A stretch of DNA of 64,000 bases from Pavona decussata (lineage: Eukaryota), in assembly GCA_977016875.1 (NCBI GenBank), contig CDRNST010000167.1, positions 62,001 to 126,000 on the forward strand, read 5' to 3'. Below are positions 1 through 10,802 of the stretch, piece after piece. The translations under genes were made by a program, and so were the position numbers. Under the pieces are notes generated by a model. The model was not told the DNA's origin, did not search any database, and saw only the letters and a program-made list of their open reading frames with translations. The number at the start of each line of letters is the position of its first letter. The stretch's first letter is position 1.

Positions 1-128
1 GAGTTCACAAAATCACAAAGATTGTTGGAAATTAGCCAAAAGTCTAGACGACATAGTACTGTTGGGGATTTTTGACTTCAAGTGTAACTCCTCTTTTGAG
101 GATTGTTGATTCTCCCAAATATCAACTA
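1..128 (-). pseudogene. L1/Tx1 LINE ORF2 endonuclease (APE) fragment, C-terminal part
   Basis: Minus-strand translation (one frameshift, one stop) VDIW/RINNPQKRSYT*SQKSPTVLCRLDFWLISNNL matches the L1 APE motifs DIWR..NP and RLD.WLIS. It continues the fragment at 2391-2645 across the pogo insertion. Confidence 0.8.
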
Positions 129-585
129 CAGTAAACACCTGCATATAAGAACAAATGGATTATAAAAACATCAGGCTGAAATTTGGTCAATAAAGCCTCA
201 TTTTTATAAGCACAAGATCAGCCTGAAAAATTCAGCATGTTCTTATAAAATGGAAAAGGTGTCATTATTACATAAAAAACAAGTGATTTTGTGTTGGCAG
301 TCATGACTCTATCAGCTGTCAAGTGGTCGTATTTGTGTATTGAGTACTGTACTGATGTTTCTACTTTAATTGATTTTTCTACTGTAAATACACAAAAAAA
401 ATTGAGTACAGTATAGAAGTTCATTACTGCATCAAGTTTTGTACAATTTGGATCTGTATACTTAATGTTTCAGTGTCCTGCAGTTTCCTCAGGGTTACAA
501 CAATCAATAAAGAAAATCCAGGAGGAGAAATCATAAACAAAAGTTAATGTCATACCAAATCCTACAAGTACCATACTGAGGGAGT

Positions 586-999
586 TTATTCTTGACACTT
601 CTGTACGTTGCTCAGTTTACAGTTGAAATTCGACTCGGTTTTTTTCTTCTGTAATTCTCTAAGAAGATTCTTGAGATATCTAGCATTGCCAATTAGTCGA
701 TAGTCCACAGGAAGTTCTAGACCATCTCCTTGCCTTTTGTTGAATCCACTTCCAATACACTCTGCTTCAATTGTTCCATCCTCTGATAGAAACTTGTTGA
801 AGATTTTAGAAAGTTCTGCAGAGACATGACCAACAATCTTGTCATCCTCATTTTTGACTGCAACTGCAAATCGACTGTGTGGATTATCTGGTTCCATTTC
901 ACAGAAAAGGATCTCCCCAATGTAAACCGTATATTCCTTGAAATAAGCATGATAACCCCTTGTACTTGCTTCTAAAAACAGTTCATATTCGTTCGCCAT
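586..999 (-). CDS. Stand-alone HIRAN-domain protein (137 aa) carried inside the pogo element
   Basis: Intact ATG-to-stop ORF with HIRAN motifs RGYHAY, EPDNPHSRFAVAV, IVGHVS and GLELPVDY. Confidence 0.8.
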   Translation of the reverse strand: MANEYELFLEASTRGYHAYFKEYTVYIGEILFCEMEPDNPHSRFAVAVKNEDDKIVGHVSAELSKIFNKFLSEDGTIEAECIGSGFNKRQGDGLELPVDYRLIGNARYLKNLLRELQKKKTESNFNCKLSNVQKCQE

Positions 1000-1049
1000 A
1001 ATAATGCAACAAAAACACTTTATAAAAGTTCACTTTTGACTCTCGCAAG

Positions 1050-1790
1050 CAAAGCAAAGTGCAAAGTGAGAAAGCTATGGTTCAGAAAAAAGAATAAAGG
1101 TCAAAATAGTGTTATGGAAAAGATACTGCTGACAGCTTCAAAGGGAGCGATAACTGGTTCCAGCGGTTTAGAAAGCGGCATGGTATAATACTCGGAAGAA
1201 GAACTAATAATAAGAAAAGCAGTGCTGACGATGGCAGACTTACAATTCAGAAGTTCCACAAGAATTTGAGGAAAGCCCTCAAAACATAGAGGAGGAGAAA
1301 TAAATCAACCTGTATTGACCCAAAATATGGAAGATGGACCCTTGAAAAAAAGTATAATGTGGACCAGGTCCCTCTTCCATTTGTAGTTGACCAAGCGTCA
1401 ACTTATGACACCATCGGCACTAAGCAAGTATGGATTTCACAACCCTCATTGGGCTTGGACAAAAGGCAAGCCACCTTGCAACTTTGTATAAGGGCTGAAG
1501 GAGACCAGAACGTAAAGCCAGCTCTTGTGTTTAGAGGGAAAGGAAATGTAACCTTACTGGAGAAACAAAGCTATGATGAGAGGATGGATGTATATTTCCA
1601 ACAGAATGCATGGATGGATACAGAACTTAACATGCAATGGTGTAACACTACACTTTTTCCTGGAGTTGGAAAAAATGACCAGGAAAATGTCATTTTTGCA
1701 GACAATGTGGGTTTTCAGCAAACTAGAGAGTTCCACGAGGCATGCAGGAACGAAATCAATGCAACTGTATATTTACTACCAGACTTCTGG
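1050..1790 (+). pseudogene. pogo transposase remnant (CENP-B-type HTH plus DDE_1 domain)
   Basis: FKGSDNWFQRFRKRHGI (HTH), NVDQVPLPF, GLDKRQATLQL, KPALVFRGKG, YFQQNAWMD and IFADN. Contains stops and frameshifts; both N- and C-termini are missing. Confidence 0.85.
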
Positions 1791-2390
1791 GAAAAATTCA
1801 CCACCTGGTGGTATCACAAAACGAAACAATTTATTTCCTTAACAGAACGCGTCGTCCTATATGGTTGGCACAACAACGTCGAGAATAAAAGACACTTAAT
1901 GTCACTTTACTTATCGCAAAACATCATATCTTCTCAACAAGTTAACTTTTGAGAGCTTTCTGATCCGCTTTAGACACAAATTAGATATTTTAAAAGAAAG
2001 TTACTTAGCAAATAATCAATTTCATAATTTTCTTTCTGTATGGGACAAGTTATTGTAGTTATTATACATAATTTTGTAATACCACTATAAGCATATTGTT
2101 AACATAATAATTTACTTTTGTAAATAATACTTCCAGTTTAGTCTGTTTTTTTCCTACTATGTACTTTTCTTTTCGTATTTGCATTGTACCTAGCTTCTTG
2201 TTGTGTTTTGTCAATAAAGATGAATTATTAAAAAAAATTACATCTAGGGGCATTTTTGGGTAGTACCCGTATTACTAATATAGAAATTTAAGAGCATTTG
2301 AAGAACACTTTGAGGCTGATTTGTCACTAAGCACCCGTTAGATAAGAACCCGATCAGCCTGACCTCCGAAATCATGTGTTCTTATATGCG

Positions 2391-2645
2391 TTCGGTTTGT
2401 AAACTTTCAATGCTGTCAATTGCTGCTCTTCTTGGAATCATGATACCACCACGTTTATCGAGAGCTGGATTTAAAGGACAGTTGAAATCACCCTCTAAGA
2501 TGATATTTTCCTCTGAGTCTAGGTTTTTACTTTGAAACAAGACATGCAACTTACTAAAGAACTGAATTAGATCTTTATGTTTGTTTGGGGCATAAATATT
2601 TACAAGAACAAATACTTTCTTGTTGAGTTGGAGTTTTAAAATAAT
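2391..2645 (-). pseudogene. L1/Tx1 LINE ORF2 endonuclease (APE) fragment, N-terminal part
   Basis: LVNIYAPN and IILEGDFNCPLNPALDKRGG are canonical L1-clade APE motifs. Confidence 0.9.
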
Positions 2646-3545
2646 ACCCAAGTTAACATGACGGACCGAGACAACAGCACTAGCTTAATTAACTGCAGGT
2701 TCAGGAGGTAGTCTTCTTTTACGTGCAGTTTGCAACTGCATTTGTCTCTTGGTGGCCTCCTCAATTTCCAGCTTTTGTTTTTCTTTAGCTCGGTCAGCCG
2801 GCAGGGACTCTTTATACTCTCTGTCCTGTTGGCCTTTTATGGTCTCATGTTCAGCAGAAGTGCCTATTAGTCCACCATGGTTGGCATCAACATGACTTTC
2901 TTTCTTGGCAGGAAGTTTGGTTGGCTTCCTATCCCCTTCCAAAACCTCTGGCAACTCTGCGTCACACCCTCCTAACACCCTTCACTTTCCTTTTCAACAG
3001 ATCTTGTCATCAGATAAAGTCTTACTGTGGTCAGGGCATGGCTAGTTATGTATCTGGCCAAAGTGAAGTTTCCAAAGGATATCTGATCACCCCTGAAGTT
3101 TCCAAGTGTTGATGTCATATCTTCAATTCTACTAAAAAAGCTCGCACCACCAGGAAAGAAAATTGATTTACCCAGAGCAATCAAATCATGCACATCCGAG
3201 CTACGTTTTGCACTCACAGTTCTAGTCCCACCTCCTTTTGCAAGGCGAACTCCAATGTACCTTTTCTGTTGCCGGTCATAGTGCAGCCAGCCAAACTTAA
3301 CTTTTTGTGGCCAACTTTAATTTGGTGAGAGGGCCCTGGTTCTGTACAGTTTGCCTTTTCTTCGACTTTCATTTTCTTTGGTATTACCTTTTTTAAAGGA
3401 GATCGAGTAACTTTCTTTTCTTTTCATTTCTATTCTCACCTTGAACTTTTCATTTACATGGCTTCACAGATCCCCTCTTCGCAGTGGTCCTAGCTCTGTC
3501 AATTGTTCATCTGAAGCACCAATTACTGCCGAATAATCCATCTAA
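2646..3545 (-). pseudogene. Decayed multidomain gene: SAM-like start, GWLHYD..GGGTR domain, coiled coil and UBX-like start; probably a transposon accessory gene
   Basis: Successive frames read MDYSAVIGASDEQLTELGPLRRGDL; GWLHYDRQQKRYIGVRLAKGGGTRTV...LIALGKSIFFPGG; QLQTARKRRLPPEP..ASAVVSVRH. An AG acceptor lies at about 3542. The gene is truncated by the L1 fragment. Domain names are by-eye inference. Confidence 0.45.
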
Positions 3546-3789
3546 ATAATGTGAAATAGAACTGTATTAAAATAATAAACATCAATACAGCAAGAACTGA
3601 AAAAGGAATATAATTTCCCTCTGACTGGTTGATTCATTTCAACCAGAGTTTCAACCATATTACTTCCATTTTACATATTTTGAAATATTTTTACATAAAA
3701 ATCGTGTAATGCAATTTCAAGTCCACAAATTTGCATCTGACTAGATTGGAAAGATTTCTGATGTGCCTATTTATTGATTGATTGTTTCA

Positions 3790-3880
3790 CGGTCAGTACA
3801 AAATGCAGACAACAGACTGCAGACCGGGTACAAAATACAGACTGCACGCTGCAGACTAGGTACAAAACGCAGACTGAGAA
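3790..3880. repeat. Subterminal-type short repeat cluster (GTACAAAAYRCAGAC x3, TGCAGAC)
   Basis: Directly visible imperfect tandem motif, typical of a DNA transposon end. No partner end was found. Confidence 0.5.
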
Positions 3881-4612
3881 AATTAAGACCGTGTTTTCAT
3901 CAAATACGTGATAACATGTTATTTTATAACTTACCAAGTGTTGTCTGCGGTCATCTTCCAAATTGGGGATTATTCTTGGCCTTATTTTTTCTTTAACAGA
4001 ATTTTTAGAAAGCCTTCATTGTCTTCACACTTTGCGTGTGAGAGTTTAGTATCAAGTAACAGCACATCTATAAAATATGAATCTGGACATTATCTAAAAG
4101 CAAGTGAATAAGAATCTTGTAGGAAATAACATTTAAAGAATGTCCAAGTGTCCTTCATGTGCAATGTGTCTGAGCTGTAAATACAAGTAAAGAGCAATCG
4201 GCGAATTCTTACAGGAAAAAGAAAAGCATCATTTTCGTGACTGGTCGTTTGTTTACTTTTGTTGTCGCTGCTTGGTAACTAGTAGACTGCAAGTGGTCGT
4301 CCTTTGTTCCTCAGAGCCAAGCAGGGTGTGCGAAAAGTTAAAATTATGCAAATTACTGACAAGAAGGGAGGAGAGATTGGACTGAGAGAGAAAAAAAGGA
4401 AGACTGCGGAGGTTTTATTGTCTCTTGAATTACCCGTTTCAGCGAAATGGAAATTCCGATTGGTCGGTTACTTGTCAATCTGTCAACAATTCTGTCAACA
4501 ACAAAAGTCTCAGTCTGTGGGGAGTCTACTTTTCGCGCTAGCCTTGAGATAAGAGGGGGACAGAAAAGATGTTTTGAAACGTGTTTGCGAGGAAAAGTTA
4601 GCCAGAATAATT

Positions 4613-4737
4613 CTTAAATCTCAACAAGAGGAAGCCGTTTTATCACTTTTAAGTTGAAAGGACGTATTTGCTGTATTGCCAACCGGATTCGGTAAAAGTC
4701 TTATCTACGGAAGCTTTGTTTTTGTGAGAGAAGTACT
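4613..4737 (+). pseudogene. RecQ-type SF2 helicase N-terminal fragment, likely from an AcademH transposon
   Basis: Not in the ORF track. Translates LKSQQEEAVLSLLS*KDVFAVLPTGFGKSLIYGSF (Q motif plus Walker A). Confidence 0.75.
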
Positions 4738-7184
4738 CGATGGGCATTTGCCTTCGATCATCGAAAGACGCAGATCTATTAGACTCTCATAAACGTGATA
4801 AACGAACATCCTGCAATCTCTCTGCAGATAAACATGAAATCACAAGTTACAAAATCCACAGATCCCATGTCTTCATAGATAGCAATCTTGCAGTTAATCC
4901 GAGCCAGTAAACCTTAACAAATGCCACAGAGCTAGCATACCCAATGGCATATGAAAAATTTTTCCCAATGGCTAATCATTAAAAAAACATCCATTGAGTA
5001 TTATTTGAGTTTTTCCCTTCATGATCAAGATAAACATCATTAAGCAGAGCTAAGGTACCGTTGCATGCTTTATTACAAACTTATTTGCAAACTGCAGGAG
5101 TGGCGTTGGCCCATCAACACTTTTTAACTCATTTTAGGATCGGTGGACAGTTTTTGAATTATGAGTTTCTCGATCTGCCATGTTTTGGTTATCTGCAGCG
5201 TCAAATGTCAGCCTTGCTCTTGATAAGGAGAACAAACACGGGTAGAATACTCCTCTCTGGATTCCTTAGGGAAGCCAATGTCTTCAAGGAAGCCTGCTAA
5301 AGGTTTGGTCAGTCCCTTCTTCTGAAGAACCTGGAATATATTCTCCCTTTAGGCACCCTCGAAATTACCAAACATGACTTCGAAAGGTCAGTGACAAATT
5401 CTACAATACTGGGATGCTTTTTCACCCTTTCGCTTCCTTCCTCGCTTATTTTGAGCGACCTTCTTTTTCAGTGTTTCCAGATTCATTAGGAAACCATCGT
5501 TCTTATTCAAAAAGAGAAATCCTCACCAAACAGAACAGTAGGGGACAAACAGACACGTTTGTTTACAGAAAGACACGAGAAATCACCGCGAAAAGGTATC
5601 ACTTGTCAAAGTAGGAGGGGATGTTAATTAAAAGGTGCGAAAAGCGGCAAATCGCCAGATCAAATATCCCATTGCAGTCTCTTATTTTTTTCTCCGCTCG
5701 GGCCCCGCCCTCGTTCCTCACGGCTTCGCCGTTTGCTCCTCGTGCGTTATGGTATGCTACCATGATGCAAAAGAAAAATAAGAGGGTGCGCACAGTCTAC
5801 GTAACTAGTTAACTACCCAATCATCAATCAGTGTGTGTTCACCCTTGAACATTGAAGATATATCACAATGAAGGATCAGTTTGGCTTCTTCCTGACTTTC
5901 TTGACCCCTGAAGGGCCTGCTTACAGGCTGTAAGTCTGTTCTTGGCTACCAAATGAACACTGATTGATCATTGACCATCATTGTTTCTTGAACATTGCGT
6001 GTTATTAAAAACTGGATCATTGTATAATGCAATTCCAGGGATTTGATTGGCTTAGTGGCCATGGTATATTAGCCATTATACCATGCCCAAAAATAGCGAC
6101 CATTAAATTGGCTTTTGGCTGTTTTTGTTTTGTTTTGGCTGCTTTTGGCTTTTGGCTGACAAAGCGAAATCAGGAAGATCTAGCAATATTTTTTGTTTGT
6201 TTTTAATAAAACAATTATTCCACTCGCTCTTCTCGGGTATGAGATGATTACAGTATTGTGCAAAAGTAATGCAAGCGAAATTCGACGAATTTCGTTTTTT
6301 GTTCTCCCGAACTTTCGAGCGAAATTTCGTCCAATTTCAAGCGAAAAGTTTCACCTGGAACGATATTTCGAGCAACATTTCGTGGAAATATCGCACAATT
6401 TTTCGGAAGGTCAAACGAAAAAGCGCTATTGCAAAAATTCGCACAACAACTACAGTAAATAAGAACCCTAGTGATAGCGAGGTAGTATTCACATCGCTTC
6501 CGATCACACAGGTGAAAGGTTAGTCTGAATGCCTGAACGAAGCTTATCGTAATTTGACTTGTACACGTTTACTAACAAATGAATGACAAACTAAATAAAA
6601 CAACTTGCTTGAAGTCAAACAGACATGTAAGCCCGACACATTTGCCATGGAAAGAGCGTACATAGAGTATATATACTGTAAGCTTGTGTGAAAATCACGC
6701 AAAATGTAAACAAAACACTTCAGTCGGTCGTGGCATAAAGTTGCAATCTTCCTTGCGTGTTGCCACTGTAATACTTGTGCCAACAATATGAAAATGTAAC
6801 CTCTGATTGAGATAAGTCCATGTTCAGTTTTTAAAAGTATTAGAAATATAATGATTAGGATAAAGCGGAATGTGCTGCAAAGTGGAACAAAACGAATTGC
6901 TATTTGTGGTTGTTTCACCAACGAATGACAATTCGATTCAGTGGACGGAAAGTGGTGCCTAAATTTCAAATATAAATTCCATGACCACACTCTTTTCTAC
7001 TTGTGTACAGTGTGTAATGCTAATGAAATGAAAGGAGTTCCCTGAGAAGGTTGCAATGGCTGAGATTGTTAACGTCAATTGTCCAAAATTTTCGGAAATA
7101 ACTTATTTGCATCAAGCTATTTTAAAAGCGTCACGTTTGGTCTCATGGGTTTATATTACTTGCACGCTAAACCTCGACTGATGT

Positions 7185-8430
7185 AACGTGAGTGATCATC
7201 GCGGTTATGAACACTACTTAACCCTTTGACTCCTGTCGAGTTGCCATGGTTTTCGCATACATTACCTTTTTTCTAGAGCGGCTTTACGCGATAAACTGCG
7301 CACTAGATAAATAAATATTCTTGGCTTCCAAAATTAACTGCATATTAAACTGGAATGATTAAACAAATGTTTTCCGACGTAAAATAATATGGTTACCGAT
7401 TAATCATTTCCCGAAAAACACACTTGAACGCAAAAATTGCGAAAATTCACGGCATGTTGATGAAAACCTTTGGCATATCAAATTTCAACCCGCTTATGCA
7501 AATTGCCCTTGATTACGCATCTGTTTCTTCTCAAACGAATATATGAATTGACAAAGACTCAAAAATCAACAAAAAGCTTTTCCAACAAAACTTTTTATTG
7601 AAATAAACGATATATTTGCTATTAGAGGCAAAAAACTTTCAGTTTTTTTACGTGCGTGCAAACACGCATGTAAAATTTGAAGACGCTCCGTGTTTGTACA
7701 AAGCGATCACTCGCAGTAAATTCGGGCACGTTTGCGATGAAAATTACAGCAGTTATAGAATTCTGGTTCAAATCATCACTTAAACTATTTGTAAAAAGCA
7801 AATCCACATCGGAAAACATCATTTACCGTGTTGTCACCATTGTCCTGGTCTTAAAAACTCCGTTTGAAGCCCGCGGTTCGGTTTTAACTTTTGAGGCATA
7901 TTTCGGTAGCGGCGTGGAAATATAAGAGATCACAACGCGAAACGGCTTTTCGCCGTTTTTTAACGCCTCCAAGTTCTCTTTTTTGACGGTAGATTATTGT
8001 TCACGGTTATTCCTTTCCATTGTGAGCTTAAAAAAGATGTACTTGCTTTAAAAGATGAAAAAAACATGTCTTGAAACTTCAGGACCGATTCACGCGCGGC
8101 ACCATTTTATAATTTTGCTCAGCTCCATGCGGTAGGTTAAGAAGGATCCTTTCCCCTACCCCCTAAAATGCCTTAAAATATGCGCAAAAGACAGATTCTG
8201 ATTGGTTTATCATTCTACTAGCTATTGTGACCTTTTCAGGACGAAAAAAACTCCAGGAGGGGAGGGAGAACGTATCGAGTTTCACGCGCGGAGCATGCGC
8301 GAGGGACGGCCGGTTTTGGCCGGTGTAGGAGTCAATGGGTTAAGCAGTAGTGAAAATAAAGAGTGAAAAAAAAAAGAACAATTCAGGCTTGACGGGATTG
8401 GAGCCCACTACCTCTGTGATTTTGGTGCAA
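7185..8430 (-). mobile_element. tRNA-derived SINE fragment split by a piggyBac insertion
   Basis: GATCATCGCGGTTATGAACACTAC-TTAA-GCAGTAGTGAAAATAA...CAGGCTTGACGGGATTGGAGCCC joins across the insertion. The right part is the reverse complement of a degenerate tRNA T-arm/B-box. Confidence 0.55.
7222..8339. mobile_element. Non-autonomous piggyBac element (1118 bp)
   Basis: TTAA|CCCTTTGACTCCT ... AGGAGTCAATGGG|TTAA: a 13-bp TIR with one mismatch and a TTAA TSD at 7218-7221 and 8340-8343. No transposase inside. Confidence 0.9.
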
Positions 8431-8751
8431 TGAAAACGAAGCCGTCCAAATGTAAGCAATGCCAAGGTAAGTGACACCACAAATTTATGCTCGCTGGCAC
8501 GTGCCAAATAAACAATCACTATAAACCCAAATGCTTCAAAAGAAATAATGAACGAACTTTGCGACTCTATCCTCGAAACTCAAAATAACAAATCGAATAA
8601 CAACCGAAATTATTGTGCGTTTTTAATCAAGGAAATACTGTTTTTCGAAGTTTTGATTCAAAAGATTACAATCAAGCTTAATTTCTCAGCTTGTAAAACA
8701 GCGGCTGAAAAAGCTACATTTTTTAGTTTCTCGTCCTTCACTGTTCAAACT

Positions 8752-8830
8752 GGGTGTCTCAAAAACGAAGACCTCTAAAACGAAGACCCTAAGAACCTAA
8801 GACCCTACAAACTCGAAAACGAAGACCCCC
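8752..8830. repeat. AAAACGAAGACC subterminal-type repeat cluster
   Basis: AAAACGAAGACC x3 plus CTAAGA(A/C)C x2 following GGGTGTCTC. Probably an orphan DNA transposon end. Confidence 0.5.
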
Positions 8831-9033
8831 AAAATTCCCAAGTGTAAGTACAAAAAACTAACATAACATAAAAAAGACATTATTTCTTACCTCAAGTGAA
8901 ATTTAATTCGTTCCCGTCTGGTCCTATGAGATTTTCCGCCATCTTGAGCTGAGTAACCACGCTCCCAAGGAGCTCTGACTGGAAGTGCATTGCAGACTGT
9001 TGCTATCGCAATCTTGTCATCAGTTTTGTCGCC

Positions 9034-9550
9034 GGGCCGTTTACCATTTGACAACAAAAATCGGAATTTTCGGTTGGAAGTTCAAATGGTTCAGGCCATT
9101 CCACTGGAATGTTTCCGGAAAATATGGAAATGCTCAGATGTATTCCTCTTTCCCCATTCCAACCGCAATAACCGGAAAATTCTGTACCATTTCTCAAAAT
9201 CATGATCGGCCCAGTCCATTTTCGCACGCTCTTCAGTCGTAATTCAAGATGTCAACTACGGCATGGCGATGCACTCTTTGTGAAGCAATATTTTTCACAA
9301 CTACTGAGTATCTGAATCAAAACTGCAGAGGCAAGTAAGTAATCAATTTTTATTATTCTTAATTTTTAGGGGCCAAACTCTTGGAGGTGTAGAATTGTAC
9401 CAGAATAGTCAGCACTCAACAACTGTGCCGCTTTTTTGTTTCATTATTTTTTGTGAGCCGTAGGGCACTTGGGCCAGCCAAACCGCTGAAACTGGAAAAA
9501 CCGTACCATATGAAGCGTTCTATTCCAACCGGATTTTATGTGCAAATGGT
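9034..9550. mobile_element. Harbinger/PIF-like non-autonomous element, right end truncated
   Basis: Starts GGGCCGTTTACCATTTG. The inverted remnant CAAATGGT is at about 9543-9550, and there are TTCC/GGAA-rich subterminal repeats. Confidence 0.5.
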
Positions 9551-10802
9551 TCTCAGTAACTCCCAGCTACCAACCGCTGGCCAGAGAGCCTGAGAACTCT
9601 GGATACGAGTGTTTCGATCCATCCTGCATATTCCTTTTCTTTATGCGTTTGATTTCATTTATTTATTGGGATAAATGTAACAGAACTCATAATTTCCTTC
9701 CATGCACCCTATCGCTATCTATTCTTTTAACCAAATTGAGTGGTCCTTAGCCGTTACAGAGCAAACTTTTCTGTAGAGGAATGTTTCTTTCCTATTATAA
9801 TTCCAGTTTGCGCGAATCTACGCAATATTTTATCACGCTTCACTTTTGAGAGAGACCTGATCTGCAACTCTTTCAGGCCCACAAATCACAAAGTTCTCTG
9901 GCCTGTTCGCTAGTGTTTTTTCCGCTCAGTTTTTGTTAAAAAGTAGACTGCTCATTGTAAATGTATGATAATGTTAAGCTTTGTTTTACTCTAGTATTTT
10001 TTTACTCTTAACTCGCTGCAAGCCTAAATATTTATTCACTTTCTGGTATTACATTTTTGCTTCATGGAAACTGAGTTCTTAGTTCAATTAGGGAACACAC
10101 CAACTCTGGAAACTTGTTCTTTAAAAAAGGTATTATTTCCTTTAGAAGGTGTTTTCAGCTGCGAAATTGGAAAGTGATATAGGTTATCTTTTATGACCGT
10201 TTGATTTAGGCTTGTGCTCCCTCACACCTTGGAGCCAGAGTTCGCATAATGATTAGTTTAGCAAACCTCGTTAAGATCCAACTTCGCTCGCACACTTTAA
10301 CACACTGCCAACTCAATCGTTTTCAGTTGAGTTTTTACTCTGCTTTGAGCCTTAAACTAAAATCTGTTTCGACAGGATCTTAGTAAAACTTGATTACTTT
10401 CAGGCTAGCGGTTTGCATTGCTGTACTGGAATTCAGCCTTCCAAATATCTTAGGTTTTCCAAATTTTTGCACAAACGAAGGACCCCTATCTAATTTCTTA
10501 TTCCTTTCACGATCCGACTCATTGCAGCTGCGAAGTTTTGGCATGACAATAACTTTTACCTTGAGAAAAACCAATTAACTTTAGCATTTCACATAAATAT
10601 AGCTGCTTTAATCAGAGTTACTATCTTGATCTTCTGATCCTGAGCTGTAAGAACCTCAACTATCTTCACGAAATAAAACAAGTTGGACCAAACCTTGGAC
10701 TTCTAAAATCTGTCCCATAACATCATTGGTACTAACTGAAACAAAACACGATGTTAAGTAGTTTTTTTCTGAACTCTTTCTTGCTTTCTTGGCTGGACTT
10801 TG

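Larger units (their letters stand above)
129..2389 (+). mobile_element. pogo-family (Tc1/mariner) DNA transposon, internally deleted, inserted in the L1 endonuclease
   Basis: TA (127-128) is followed by the TIR CAGTAAACACCTGCATATAAGAAC. A partial inverted copy GTTCTTATATGC lies at 2378-2389, with its outer tip lost. L1 APE coding resumes on both sides. Confidence 0.8.

Noticed and set aside
6250-6420. Tc1-like TIR (TA|CAGTATTGTGCAAAAGT) with TTCG/CGAA repeats
   Set aside because: No matching opposite end or transposase was found in the window.
8380-8430. tRNA gene
   Set aside because: Only a degenerate partial tRNA-like head attached to a SINE body; no full cloverleaf.
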